This document shows positions 9,664 through 19,836 of a stretch of 64,000 nt of DNA, piece by piece; the stretch's first letter is position 1, and every line of letters starts with the position of its first letter. The notes under the pieces are model-generated. The model ran no database searches and was not told the DNA's origin. It worked only from the letters and a program-made list of their open reading frames with translations. Made by a program: the position numbers and the translations under genes. Location: NCBI GenBank assembly GCA_963805625.1, contig CAWDVE010000024.1:96001-160000 (forward strand). The letters run 5' to 3'. The DNA comes from an uncultured Candidatus Rokubacteria bacterium. Its GTDB lineage: Bacteria; Methylomirabilota; Methylomirabilia; Rokubacteriales; DASRDR01.

Positions 9664-12600
9664 CTAGCGCCGGTGGACGAGCGACACCGCCGCCACCGAC
9701 CCCTCTCCGTGGCACACTTCACAGGTCTCGATGTTCCCCAACGTGTTGATCGCCGCGTGCGTCGCCGCGATCACCGAGTCGTGGCACGTGAGGCACGCAT
9801 CCGTAATCGGCAGGATGCTGCCCGTCACCGTCTCGGTCGACGGCGGTGTCACCTGGCTCAGCCGAGTCGGTAGGAGGTTCGACGGGAGCGGCAGCAGCTG
9901 GCTGCCATTCACGTGGCACGTCGCGCAGTCCCTTCGGTCCCCCGGGAAGCGGATCTCGCTGAAGTCGTGCGCCGTGTAGTTCTGCGGGGCCGATCCGAAG
10001 CCGTACACGATGTACGGCTTGTTCTCGAGTTCCTCTCCGGTGTGAACCTTGTGGAGCAGGTGCTTCAGGTTGATGGGCTCATTCGCGAGGTCTGGGCTCG
10101 GGGTCCCGGCCTGAGTCTGGCCATAGGTGTAGGCATTCACGCGGCGCGTGAAGTCGCTCACGTTCGGGTTGTGGCAAATGACGCAGTGGTTCGTCTGGTT
10201 GCGTGAGCCTCCGTGCACGGCGAAGCCCTGCGAGAAGACCCCGTGGCACTGCTGGCAGTTGCCGATCGCCACCACCGTGCGCCGAGGCACCACGGGCGAG
10301 CCGTCCACGCTGAAGTCCCGCACCGGGTTCTGAGCGAACTCGGTGACGGTGGTGGGGCCGCCGACCAGGTTGACGTTGGCGACCGCGCGGCGGGCTTCAA
10401 GCCCGACGCGCCAGGTTCCGGTGGCATCTGCCGGCAGCTTGTTCGCGCCCGTCGTCGTGAACGTGAAGGCGTCGACGCCGTCGAACACGGCACCCGTCAC
10501 GTTCTGACTGAGCATGGGCGCGGAACTACCGCCGAAGTCGGTTGTGGGCCCGCTGGCCCTGAGGCTGATCGTGCCGATCGGAGCGGAAAGGCTGGTGATC
10601 GGGCTGTTATCATCGCCGTTCTTGAGACGGAATTTGACCGTGATGCCGTTCCCGGGGGTCCCCGACGCGTCCAGCAGCTCGGCGACGAGCCCCCGCAGCT
10701 GCAGCGACTGCTGGGGAATGGTATGGGCCCCGGTCACCGAGACGGTCGCCTCGTTGGCCACCGTCCCGTCTCCGGGCGTGTGGCAGCCGGCGCAGGCCGC
10801 CTCGGGCGCGGCGCCGCCGCCGTGGGGCTTGCCGTTGCTCTTGAACCCGGCCGGAATTGTCCCGAGGTTCGACTGGGGCGGTGTCACGATGTCCGCCGTG
10901 CTCGGGTTCACGTCGTCGTGGCATCCGGTGCAGGCGGGTGTCGACGGCAGGGTTCGGAACGTGTGCGCGGTGGCCCCGCCGGTGTGGCACTTGGTGCAGT
11001 TCCGGACGTCCTGCGGGAAGCCCACCCCCGTCACCGCCGTCCCGGTGCAGGTGCCGGTCCCGCAGTCGGGGTCACCGGTGCAGGGCGCGCCCTCCTTCGG
11101 GCCCAAGACGCAGACGTTGATCTTCTCGGAGAACACCGTGTTCCCGACGGCGAACTTGGTGCCCACCGGGCCGGCCACGACCGACGGAAGCTCCTTGCCG
11201 CGGTGGATCTTATGGATCATCACCCTGAAGTTGAGGCTGCCCGCGTCGGGATCGACGAGCTGTTCCGTATGGCAGAGCATGCAGAGGCGCACTTCGCGCC
11301 GGCCGCCCCCGTGGACCGCCAGAGGGTTGTGGCACTCGTTGCACGCCGCCGTGGACACCGGCTCGCGCTGAAGGGTCAGCGCGCTCCTCCCCGGATTGCA
11401 GGCCACCCAGACCCCGCCGGTGAAGGCGGGGTTATAGGCGAAGAAGGAGCCGATGGGTCCGGGGACCTCAAGGCCCGTCGCGCCGTCGAAGGCGCGGACG
11501 TGGGGGCCGCCGCCGGGCCCGGCGCCCGTCACCACGTCCAGGATTCCGTCGCCGGTTAAGTCGCACGCCGCGACCTGTACGCCCCCGGTAAACGTCGGGT
11601 CGTAGGCCCACAGTTCGAGACCGGCCGCCGTCCCGAGGCCGGTGAAGCCCCGGACGTGAGGGCCGCCGCCGGGCCCGGCGCCGGTGATGATCCGGGCCTC
11701 CGTCGAGCCCCGGAGGCTCCCGCATGCGACGAACACCCCGCCGGCGAATGCGGGGGCGTAGGCCAGGAAGGTCGACAGCTGCTGCGCCGGATTCTGTCCG
11801 TTGAACACCGTGACGCGCGGCTCTCCGCCGGGCCCGGCGGCCGTCACGATGTCGGCCCGCCCGTCGTTGTTCACGTCGCACGCCGCGACCCGCACGCCGC
11901 CGGTGAAGGCGGCGTCGAAGGCGAAGAACGACGCGACTTCGGCGCCGGTCTTGCCGTCGAACGCGCGGACATGGGGGCCGCCGCCCGCGTCGGCGGCGGC
12001 GATCACGTCCGGCGTGCCGTCCCCGGTGACATCGCCGCACGCCACGAATACGCCCCCGGTAAAGGCCACATCGAAGGCCATGAACGACCCGATCGGCCCG
12101 GGCAGCACCGCCCCGGTCACTCCGTCAAAGGCCCTGACGTGGGGCCCCCCGCCCGGGCCGGCGCCGGAAACTACATCGACGACGCCGTCACCGGTCAGGT
12201 CGCACACGGCCACGCGCGCGCCGCCGAGGAAGGCAGGGCTATAGGCGAAGAAGTCGCCCGGCGTCCCGGGGAGCGGCAGACCGAGGACGCTGTTGAAGCC
12301 GCGGATGTGAGGCCCGCCCCACGACCCGGCACCGGTCGTCGGGCGCCCGTCGGGCACGAAATCGAAGATCGGGTTTGCAGCGAGGCGCCCCCCGTCAAAG
12401 AACCGGTCGACCTGCCCTCCGATCGTGTGAACCAGGGCCGCGGACCCGGGAAAGGGCGCCGGCAGCGTCCTGCCGAAGGTGTATCGGTAGGTGCCCGTGC
12501 CCTGATCCTCGAGCAGGAAGCTCCCGCCCGTATCGAAGGTCGGCTCTCCGGACGCGTTGAGGAGGTAGTTCATGTAGCGCGTGAACTGGACGGTGCTGGC

Positions 12601-12900
12601 GCCGTCCGTCTGCTCGTTGACCTCCAGCCGCGCGATGGCGAAGCGGACCCGGGCCAGGACGGGGTCAGAGGCGGACGAGACCGCACTTGCGGTGGGCGTG
12701 AGGGGGACGCCGGCCGTGTCGGTGAGGGTGAACCTCACGCTCGCGATCCCGGTGTCGCTCACCGAGGCGGCCAGGATGGCCACCTCGAGGCCGGGTCCGG
12801 GGAGCGGCACCGGCGGCGCGCTCGCGCTCTGGAGAAAGCCGAGGATCAGGACCAGAAGAACGGAGGGAGTGACCGTCTGAACGCCCTTCGGACGCCGCAT
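9664..12900 (-). CDS. OmcA/MtrC-family decaheme c-type cytochrome with an inserted six-repeat FG-GAP-like domain
   Basis: Ten CxxCH motifs in two groups of five (CNECH, CMLCH, CTKCH, CTGCH, CAGCH / CQQCH, CVICH, CATCH, CLTCH, CEVCH); HGGxR and MIHKIH/LLHKVH motifs typical of MtrC; signal peptide ending ASA. Confidence 0.92.
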   Translation of the reverse strand: MRRPKGVQTVTPSVLLVLILGFLQSASAPPVPLPGPGLEVAILAASVSDTGIASVRFTLTDTAGVPLTPTASAVSSASDPVLARVRFAIARLEVNEQTDGASTVQFTRYMNYLLNASGEPTFDTGGSFLLEDQGTGTYRYTFGRTLPAPFPGSAALVHTIGGQVDRFFDGGRLAANPIFDFVPDGRPTTGAGSWGGPHIRGFNSVLGLPLPGTPGDFFAYSPAFLGGARVAVCDLTGDGVVDVVSGAGPGGGPHVRAFDGVTGAVLPGPIGSFMAFDVAFTGGVFVACGDVTGDGTPDVIAAADAGGGPHVRAFDGKTGAEVASFFAFDAAFTGGVRVAACDVNNDGRADIVTAAGPGGEPRVTVFNGQNPAQQLSTFLAYAPAFAGGVFVACGSLRGSTEARIITGAGPGGGPHVRGFTGLGTAAGLELWAYDPTFTGGVQVAACDLTGDGILDVVTGAGPGGGPHVRAFDGATGLEVPGPIGSFFAYNPAFTGGVWVACNPGRSALTLQREPVSTAACNECHNPLAVHGGGRREVRLCMLCHTEQLVDPDAGSLNFRVMIHKIHRGKELPSVVAGPVGTKFAVGNTVFSEKINVCVLGPKEGAPCTGDPDCGTGTCTGTAVTGVGFPQDVRNCTKCHTGGATAHTFRTLPSTPACTGCHDDVNPSTADIVTPPQSNLGTIPAGFKSNGKPHGGGAAPEAACAGCHTPGDGTVANEATVSVTGAHTIPQQSLQLRGLVAELLDASGTPGNGITVKFRLKNGDDNSPITSLSAPIGTISLRASGPTTDFGGSSAPMLSQNVTGAVFDGVDAFTFTTTGANKLPADATGTWRVGLEARRAVANVNLVGGPTTVTEFAQNPVRDFSVDGSPVVPRRTVVAIGNCQQCHGVFSQGFAVHGGSRNQTNHCVICHNPNVSDFTRRVNAYTYGQTQAGTPSPDLANEPINLKHLLHKVHTGEELENKPYIVYGFGSAPQNYTAHDFSEIRFPGDRRDCATCHVNGSQLLPLPSNLLPTRLSQVTPPSTETVTGSILPITDACLTCHDSVIAATHAAINTLGNIETCEVCHGEGSVAAVSLVHRR
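11390..12335 (-). repeat. Six intragenic FG-GAP/beta-propeller-like repeats
   Basis: Repeated GxGGGPHVRxF...F(F)A(Y/F)xxxFxGG(V)xVAxC(D)xxxDG units. Confidence 0.85.
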
Positions 12901-13008
12901 ATGCACCTCCACGCGACCGGCGAAGAAGTCAGCCCCAGCGTTCCCGGCGAGCCATGCGAGCGGACCTCCCTGCCGGATGCATCGCGATCCCGCGGCGCAG
13001 GCCAGGTT

Positions 13009-13065
13009 AGTGTCTTCCAGACTCTCGTACTCTGTCAATGGTGCGAACTAATGATGCGAACTAAT
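13009..13065 (-). promoter_or_regulatory. Candidate sigma70 promoter with an adjacent 11-bp direct repeat, upstream of the cytochrome gene
   Basis: Minus-strand TTGACA (13038-13033), 18 nt spacer, GACACT; TGCGAACTAAT repeated at 13042-13052 and 13055-13065. Confidence 0.5.
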
Positions 13066-13566
13066 CAGACGACCCCGAGTTCGAGCGTGCAACGGGGTCA
13101 CAAGCTCATGATCGGTCGTGGAACGGGGTGTGTCAGCGGTCCACGTCGAGGCGTACCTCAGTCAGCCTGCGCACCGTAGATAGGCAGCTCGTCCAGGAAG
13201 AGCACCCCCCAGGTGGGCCAGGCTGACCTCGCCGGGATGCGGCGGCCGGCCTCCCACCCACGAGTCCCGCGGCCGAGACCGTGTGGTGCGGGGTCCGGAA
13301 CGGTCGCCGCGTTCCGAGGCCTTTCGGGCACCGGCGTCTGCGGCTACTCGAACAGGCCGGCCTGCTCGGGTTGTCAGGGGTGGGGCGCTTCAACCTGGAG
13401 CTCCTGGGTCAACCTGGCGAGGCCTCGGGCGGTCAAGGTCGTGGGGCCCGGGCGCCGTGGGCTGTGAGAGGCGTGGCCGCCGAACTGAGAAAGCCCACGT
13501 TTCGAGATCGAACCAGGTGGTATTGGCCGGGTTTCGCCACGATGATCTCGGGGATTCGCTTGGAAT

Positions 13567-14364
13567 CTAGTGGCCCGCGCCCTTCGTCGGGAGGGCCTGC
13601 CGGTCAACGTCGCGCTCGAGGTCGGCAGCGGGTCCCCTCCGTAGGAAGACCTGGCGGAGGCCGAAGTAGGCGAAGGCGTCCTTGAGGTTGGAGGCGAGCC
13701 GCTTCACCGGGTGCATCGAGGGATCGGTCACGTACTCCAGCGTGAGGCTGACGCGCTCCTCGCCCACGCCAAGGGGCGTCACCGCGTGCCACAGCCGGTC
13801 GCCGTTGAACAGGATGAACGTGCCGGGGTGCGTCGCCAGCGCCAGTTCCACCGGCGCCCGCCCCGGGTCCTTCTTGTGGAGCTGGCAGACCAGGCGGCTG
13901 GACGAGCGCTCAAGCAGCCCCACCAGCACCGTGTAGCGGGCGCCGCGGTAGTAGGACGTGTCGAAGTGGAAGCCGATGTGGTCGCCCGGCTCCGTGTAGA
14001 AGTAGAGGGCGCAGGCGTGTGGGTCACAGGGTGGGCACGGCTGCAGGCGCGCGCCTGTCAGGGACTCCAGGAACGCGATGAAGGGGAGCGTACGGTAGAG
14101 CGCCAGGATCGTGGGCGCCCGCTCGACCAGGGTGTGGAAGCTGACGCTGCCGCCCTTCTTGTGGCGGGGGATATAGCTGCGGCTGATGGCCGGCCGCACC
14201 GACTCGATCTCGGCCACCATGCGTGCCACCACCGGGGCCGGCAGCCAGCGCTCGAGGTGGACAAACTCGCCCTGCTCCTGGTACGTGCGGCGGAGCGCGT
14301 CCACGTCCACGCGCGCAACGGCCTCGGCCACCGCCTCGGCCACCGACGTCGTCGCTTCGTTCAC
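13567..14364 (-). CDS. 2OG-Fe(II) oxygenase
   Basis: HIGFHFD (HxD), WHAVTP, distal R in ERVSL. Confidence 0.85.
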   Translation of the reverse strand: MNEATTSVAEAVAEAVARVDVDALRRTYQEQGEFVHLERWLPAPVVARMVAEIESVRPAISRSYIPRHKKGGSVSFHTLVERAPTILALYRTLPFIAFLESLTGARLQPCPPCDPHACALYFYTEPGDHIGFHFDTSYYRGARYTVLVGLLERSSSRLVCQLHKKDPGRAPVELALATHPGTFILFNGDRLWHAVTPLGVGEERVSLTLEYVTDPSMHPVKRLASNLKDAFAYFGLRQVFLRRGPAADLERDVDRQALPTKGAGH

Positions 14365-14593
14365 GCACGACCTCCCGTGCTGCGCGCGTGGCGCCCAGCA
14401 TACACCGGTGATCGAACCGTCGGGGTTCTTCTTCAGGGGAAGGATGTGCGGCGCCCACGCGACTTGGCGTGCTGCTGGTGTCGAGCCATCTGCTTTTGCT
14501 TGGGCTTGCTCATAGCTCCTGTCTAGACGCCGCGATGGCGGGCGGCCCGCGCTGAGCCGCCCGCCATGAAGGTCATCAAGTACCTTCGTGTGC

Positions 14594-16195
14594 CTACTTG
14601 CCCATCGCCGCCCGGGCCGCCTCGATCTTCGCTTTCACGGCATCGAGGTTGAAGCTCGCGCCCTTCTGCATCGGCGGGAACTCGACGGCGGTCATGGCGA
14701 GTTTCACCACCTCCTGCTGGACGAACACGAAGCGCCAGAACTCGTACTGGAACCACTGGAAGTAGTTCTGCGACCCGGCCTTGGTCCCGCTGTCGGGCCA
14801 GCCCGTGCGCTCGAAAGGATCGAGGCGCAGATTGGTCAGGTAGGGCACGTCAGCCTTGGTCTTGTCGCCCAGCCAGCCGCCGGGCTGGTCGATGAAGCGA
14901 TACTTGAAGTCGCCGATGCGAACGGCGCCAAGCTCGCTTTCCCCGAAGTACCAGATCTCTTGGCGGTTCGACGGCCCCTTGCCGGTGATCATGGCCGTCT
15001 GGTCGTACCCGTCCAGATGCACCTTGTAGGTCGTGCCGCCGAGCTGCTTGCCCTGCTTCAGCTCTGCCGCGATGTTCGGGTTGCCGGCTGCGGCCACCAG
15101 GGTCGGGAACCAGTCGAGCCCGGAGATGAGCCCGTTCTCGACCTTGCCCGCCGGCACCTTGCCCGGCCAGCGGATCATCGCCGGCGCGCGGAAGCCGCCT
15201 TCCATGACCGTGCCCTTGCTCTGCGCGAACGGCGTCTGTCCGCCGTCCGGCCAGGTGAAGACCTCGGTGCCGTTGTCGGTGGTGAACACGACGATGGTGT
15301 TATCGTCCACCCCCATGTCCTTGAGCTTCTGCATCACGAGCCCGATGTCGTCATCCATCTGCGCCATGCCGGCTTCATGGATGGACCAGCCATTCTTGGA
15401 GTTGCGCGTCGCCTGGTATTTCGGCGACAGGTGCGTGACGATGTGCATGCGGGTCGGATTGAGCCACAGGAAGAACGGCTTGTTGTCGGCCTTGGCCTTG
15501 TCGAGGAACTTGAGCGCGAGATCGCGGATCTCGTCGTCCACGGTTTCCATGCGCTTCGGGCACAGCTCCCCCGCATCCTCGATCTTCTGCTTGCCGACCT
15601 TGCCCCAGCGCGGATCCACGGTGGCGTCGTCGACGCTGGTCGCCCACGAGTGGACCATGTTCCGCGGGCCCACCTGCGACCTCAGGTCCTGCGGATAGTT
15701 CGGGTGGCAAGGATCTTCCATGGCGTCCAGGTGATAGAGATAGCCGAAGAACTCGTCGAACCCGTGCACCGTGGGCAAGAACTCGTTCTTGTCCCCCAGA
15801 TGGTTCTTGCCGAACTGGCCGGTGGCGTAACCCATCGACTTCAGCACCGTCGCAATGGTCGCGGCCTCCGCCGGCAGGCCGGTTGGCGCACCAGCCTGGC
15901 CGACCGTGGTCATGCCGGTGCGGATCGGCAGCTCGCCGGTGATGAAGTTCGCGCGGCCGGCCGTGCAGCTCGCCTCGGCGTAGTAATCGGTGAATAGCAT
16001 GCCCTCGGCGGCGATCTTGTCGAGGTTCGGCGTCCGGCCCGCCATCATGCCGCGGTGGTAGGCGCCGATGTTCCAGATGCCAATGTCGTCGCCCATGATG
16101 ACGACGATGTTAGGCTTTGGCTGCGCGGCCGCCGGGCCGGCGCCCCAGGCGAGCGCGGCCAGGACCGCGACCAACACCGCTACGCATCTCTGCAT
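14594..16195 (-). CDS. Secreted arylsulfatase (Cys-type, formylglycine-dependent)
   Basis: Signal peptide; PNIVVIMGDDIG; SCTAGRA (CxxxR); GKNHLG; TTDNG. Confidence 0.93.
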   Translation of the reverse strand: MQRCVAVLVAVLAALAWGAGPAAAQPKPNIVVIMGDDIGIWNIGAYHRGMMAGRTPNLDKIAAEGMLFTDYYAEASCTAGRANFITGELPIRTGMTTVGQAGAPTGLPAEAATIATVLKSMGYATGQFGKNHLGDKNEFLPTVHGFDEFFGYLYHLDAMEDPCHPNYPQDLRSQVGPRNMVHSWATSVDDATVDPRWGKVGKQKIEDAGELCPKRMETVDDEIRDLALKFLDKAKADNKPFFLWLNPTRMHIVTHLSPKYQATRNSKNGWSIHEAGMAQMDDDIGLVMQKLKDMGVDDNTIVVFTTDNGTEVFTWPDGGQTPFAQSKGTVMEGGFRAPAMIRWPGKVPAGKVENGLISGLDWFPTLVAAAGNPNIAAELKQGKQLGGTTYKVHLDGYDQTAMITGKGPSNRQEIWYFGESELGAVRIGDFKYRFIDQPGGWLGDKTKADVPYLTNLRLDPFERTGWPDSGTKAGSQNYFQWFQYEFWRFVFVQQEVVKLAMTAVEFPPMQKGASFNLDAVKAKIEAARAAMGK

Positions 16196-16679
16196 GAGGT
16201 CCTCCGTTCTAGGTATGGGTGTGTCTGCGTGAATCGGGCTGGCGGAGCCCGCACTCTGGGTGTGAGGGGGCACCAGTGGCCCGGACTCCCGCCAGCATCA
16301 GGAAGGCCCCCAGCAGACTCACGGCCGCCGCACGTCGAGCCATGGTCTCGCATTCTCCGTGGTCGATTCCCGACCGACTTCTGCTGAGGCCATCAGCCTC
16401 GCGGCGACTGTAGCCGCACACTCCCCGTGCGTGCTATGGGACTTTGGTCCCATGGCCGCGATAGCGTCGGCCACAGGCGATCTCGGCTCACGCCGGCCCG
16501 GGGCTGCGCCGCCGGACGGGATTTGCTGTTTGGCTCGCGAGTATCACACGGGGACTCTTCTCCACATCGAAGGCCTGGCGCTCTCGGAGCGCCTCGCGGA
16601 CGGACCCGCCGAGGCGGCGTCCCCCCCCGAAGCGGAGCATGGCAGCGACTGGGATACGTCTGGCGCGCAGCCCCGGTGC

Positions 16680-18080
16680 ATGTCGTACCCGGAGCTCACT
16701 TCGGGTACCTTTGGCCGCGTGGGACAGCAGGTCGCACCGCGTTTCGTCCTGTCCCTGTACGATCACCTGACGGGTGAGCGGGTGTGGCGAGGGTACGCCA
16801 GCATGCGCGACGCCCAATGGCGACCGGCAGCGGAGCTCGACGCGCGCGCTGCCGTGGCCCTGGGGCGCATCGTCGGTCACGCCGCGACGCACGTAGTCCA
16901 TTACCGCGACTTGCTGCGCGAGGTCGGCCTGCGTCCGGAGGACATCCGGAGCGTCGACGACCTGGCCCACGTGCCGGTCACGACCAAGGCCGCGCTGCGG
17001 AACGGGTTCCCGGACCGCGTCACGGAGCCCGATCTGGCGGAGCGGCGCGGCGAACTGGGAAGGACTTCGGGTTCAACGGGATTGCCGTTCGAATTCTACC
17101 TCGATCGAGGCGACACGGGCCTCCGGCGCGCGGGCTACCTGCTCTTCCGGGAATGGGCGGCGATACCCCTGCGGATGCCCATGCTCCGGCTCGTGGGCCT
17201 GAGGGAGCCCCCGCTGCCTGGCCTGCAGCGTTTCGGGCGGCGCCTCCTGCTGGGCGAGCGGCGCCTGTGGCTGGGCGCCATGACGGCGACACCCGCCCAA
17301 CTGGGCGAGGCGATCCGGCATCTCGGTGGCGGAGAGTACTTCATCTGGACCCATCCGTCGTACGGCGCGCGCCTCGCGCGGCGCCTCGTCGACGAGGGCA
17401 CTCGGCTCGACCGGTACCCATCGGCCGTGGTCACCTTCGGCGAGACTCTCAGTCCGATCGATGCCTCGATACTGGCCGAGGTGTTCCGGTGTCGCGTCGT
17501 GAATCACTACTCGACCTCGGAAATCCACGGCATCGCCCAAACGTGTCCGGACGAGCCCACCCTGCTCCACGTCAACAGCGAGCGCGTCGTCGTTCGTGTG
17601 GTGCGCCACGACGGCCGGGCGGCCGCGCCCGGCGAGCGCGGAAAGGTCCTCGTCACCGACCTGAGGAATCAGGTGATGCCCTTCCTGAACTACGACGTCG
17701 GCGACCAGGCCGTCGTGGGGCCGCCATGCCCGTGCGGCCGGGGCTTCCCGACCCTGCGTGCGATCGAGGGGCGAAGTGCCGAGTCGATCGAGACGCCGGA
17801 CGGCCGGACCCTGGGACCGTCGACCCTCGGCTTGCTCGTCGTGAGCACGGCCCCGGCGCTGTCCCACGTCTGGGAGTATCAAGCCGTGCAGACACGGCCG
17901 GAACGAGTGATCCTTCGCGTGGTGCCTTGCAGCGGCTTCTCGGCCGCGGTCGCGGAGCGCCTTCGGGCGCGTCTGCACGAGCATCTCGGGCCCCTGGTGC
18001 ACCTGACGGTCGAGGTGGTCGACGCGATCGAGCCAGAACCGTCAGGCAAGCGCCTGATGATCAAGCGGCTTGCGGAGTGA
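16680..18080 (+). CDS. Phenylacetate-CoA ligase/CapK-like adenylate-forming enzyme
   Basis: TSGSTG P-loop, YSTSE, TDLRNQVMPFLNYDVGD, CPCGR, IEGR, SGK. Confidence 0.85.
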   Translation: MSYPELTSGTFGRVGQQVAPRFVLSLYDHLTGERVWRGYASMRDAQWRPAAELDARAAVALGRIVGHAATHVVHYRDLLREVGLRPEDIRSVDDLAHVPVTTKAALRNGFPDRVTEPDLAERRGELGRTSGSTGLPFEFYLDRGDTGLRRAGYLLFREWAAIPLRMPMLRLVGLREPPLPGLQRFGRRLLLGERRLWLGAMTATPAQLGEAIRHLGGGEYFIWTHPSYGARLARRLVDEGTRLDRYPSAVVTFGETLSPIDASILAEVFRCRVVNHYSTSEIHGIAQTCPDEPTLLHVNSERVVVRVVRHDGRAAAPGERGKVLVTDLRNQVMPFLNYDVGDQAVVGPPCPCGRGFPTLRAIEGRSAESIETPDGRTLGPSTLGLLVVSTAPALSHVWEYQAVQTRPERVILRVVPCSGFSAAVAERLRARLHEHLGPLVHLTVEVVDAIEPEPSGKRLMIKRLAE

Positions 18081-18140
18081 CGCCGGGTGCGACCGACTGA
18101 CAGTGGCGACCCTCGGCGGCGATCGGATTCGCATGGCGTG

Positions 18141-18815
18141 CTAGCGGGAGTCCGCATCGTGTGTCTCGCACGCGAGGTGTCGTGTCAAGCGCACCTCATC
18201 CCCGACGCTGATCGTCCCCCCCTCAACCACCTGGGCATTCAGCGCGAGCTTTCCACCAAACCGCTTGACGATGTGGTTCAATACCGAGCGATCTTGCTCG
18301 AGCGTGTCGGGGTCGAACGTAGTCATGACGCAGCGACCGCGCAGATCCTGCACGTCGATGACGACATCTCCGATGCGGAGCCAGTGTCCGGGCCACGTGC
18401 GCTCGTCGAGACCATCGACATTATCGATCACGAGATTGGGTCTTAGGCGCCGGTGATCGTGTCCGAAGGCCCGGATCGCGCCGTCGGTCGCGACCAGCAG
18501 CGGGAGTACGTCAAACCGGTCGAGGCTGGCGTCGCGCACGAGCTTCGCGCCGGGCCCCACGATGGCGGCGACATCCGCTAGCACGCTCGGCTCGGTCCAC
18601 GGCCGACCGTCCACCAGTGGCTCTCCGGAGGCGCTCAGAGTCGCCTGATGTCCGAGCAATCGTGGGTGCGTTCGTGCCGTGATGACCCGGCCGGCAGCGT
18701 CCCGGACATGAACCACCCGATCTCCGACGATCCCCAGAGCATCGACGCCGGTCCGGTCGAGGCGTTCGCCCGCCATGGACTTTACCGGATATCGCCAGAT
18801 CTCCGAGACTCGCAT
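18141..18815 (-). CDS. MOSC domain protein
   Basis: IWRYPVKSMAGE, RLRPNL, RCVMTT, GGTISVGD. Confidence 0.9.
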   Translation of the reverse strand: MRVSEIWRYPVKSMAGERLDRTGVDALGIVGDRVVHVRDAAGRVITARTHPRLLGHQATLSASGEPLVDGRPWTEPSVLADVAAIVGPGAKLVRDASLDRFDVLPLLVATDGAIRAFGHDHRRLRPNLVIDNVDGLDERTWPGHWLRIGDVVIDVQDLRGRCVMTTFDPDTLEQDRSVLNHIVKRFGGKLALNAQVVEGGTISVGDEVRLTRHLACETHDADSR

Positions 18816-18855
18816 AATCTACTCCCCAGGATCGGTTCCCGCCTTGGGGTCCAGG

Positions 18856-19761
18856 CTAGGCGGTGATCCGGAGGGCGGATGGGCGGGACGTCGTAGCGGC
18901 CGGCGCGACCTTCTTGTCATAGAAGTTGCGGATCCCGGCCGCGATCTCCTCGAGGCAGTCCTCGATCGCAAAATGCCCGGAGTCCAGTCGATGCAGCTCC
19001 GCGCTCGGCAGGTCGCGCAGATAGGCCTCGCCGCCTTCCCGGGTGAAGAAGATGTCGTTCTGTCCCCAGAAGATGAGGGTCTTCGGTTGACGCTGGCGCA
19101 GGAACGCCCGCCAGGCGGGGTAGAGCGCGACGTTCGTCCGATAGTCGTAGAAGAGGTCGAGTTGCACGCGGCGCGCGTGCGGACGTTCCATGAACCGGAA
19201 GTCCATGTTCCAGTTGTCCGGGCTGATCAGCTCGGGGCGCTTGTGCCCATGGAGGTAGACCAGTTTGATCCCCTCCAGCTCCAGGAACGGCAGCAGTGGC
19301 GTCTCGGTCTCCGGGGCGCGTCTCTTCCAGAGCGCGTGACGGATGGCATCCCAGGCCGTGGTGAACCCCTCCTCATAGGCGTTCGTGTTCTGGAGGATCA
19401 GCCACTCCATCCACTCCGGGTGACGGCTCAGGATCCGGAAGCCGACGGGGCCGCCGTAGTCCTGCATGAACAGCCCGAACCGGGTGAAGCCGGTCTTGAG
19501 GAGGAGCCCCTCGACCACGTCAGACAGCCGGTCGAACGTGTAGGCGAAGGTGGCCGGGTCGGGCATGTCGGTGTTCCCGAATCCCGGGTAGTCGGGCGCG
19601 ATGATGTGAAAGCGGTCGGCCAGCGCCGGAATGAGATTCCGGAACTGGTGGGACGACGCTGGGAAGCCGCCGAGCAGGATCAGCTTCGGATTCCGTGGCT
19701 CACCGGCTTCGCGGTAGAAAACGGAGAGACCGTCAACGGTGGTGGTCTTGTGTCGGGTCAT
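18856..19761 (-). CDS. Alpha/beta hydrolase (epoxide hydrolase/dehalogenase-like)
   Basis: GFPASS, APDYPGFG, QDYGG nucleophile elbow, WGQND, SGHFA. Confidence 0.92.
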   Translation of the reverse strand: MTRHKTTTVDGLSVFYREAGEPRNPKLILLGGFPASSHQFRNLIPALADRFHIIAPDYPGFGNTDMPDPATFAYTFDRLSDVVEGLLLKTGFTRFGLFMQDYGGPVGFRILSRHPEWMEWLILQNTNAYEEGFTTAWDAIRHALWKRRAPETETPLLPFLELEGIKLVYLHGHKRPELISPDNWNMDFRFMERPHARRVQLDLFYDYRTNVALYPAWRAFLRQRQPKTLIFWGQNDIFFTREGGEAYLRDLPSAELHRLDSGHFAIEDCLEEIAAGIRNFYDKKVAPAATTSRPSALRITA

Positions 19762-19820
19762 GTGATGCCCTCCTCATTGATCTGGTTCGTGCTCTTAGGG
19801 GTCAGCACTCCTCGGTACGG

Positions 19821-19836
19821 AGCAAGAGCGACGCCA
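19821..19836 (-). promoter_or_regulatory. Sigma54 (-24/-12) promoter for the hydrolase-MOSC operon
   Basis: Minus strand TGGCGTCGCTCTTGCT (GG-N10-GC), 60 nt upstream of the start and divergent from a sigma54 activator. Confidence 0.8.

Noticed and set aside
11390-12335. Periodic GGGCCGCCGCCGGGCCCGGCGCC-like repeats as a CRISPR array
   Set aside because: The repeats are degenerate at third codon positions, spaced about 150-165 nt apart, in frame within a protein, and no cas genes are present.
13567-14364. BesD-like halogenase
   Set aside because: It retains the HxD carboxylate (HFD); halogenases have Gly or Ala at that position.
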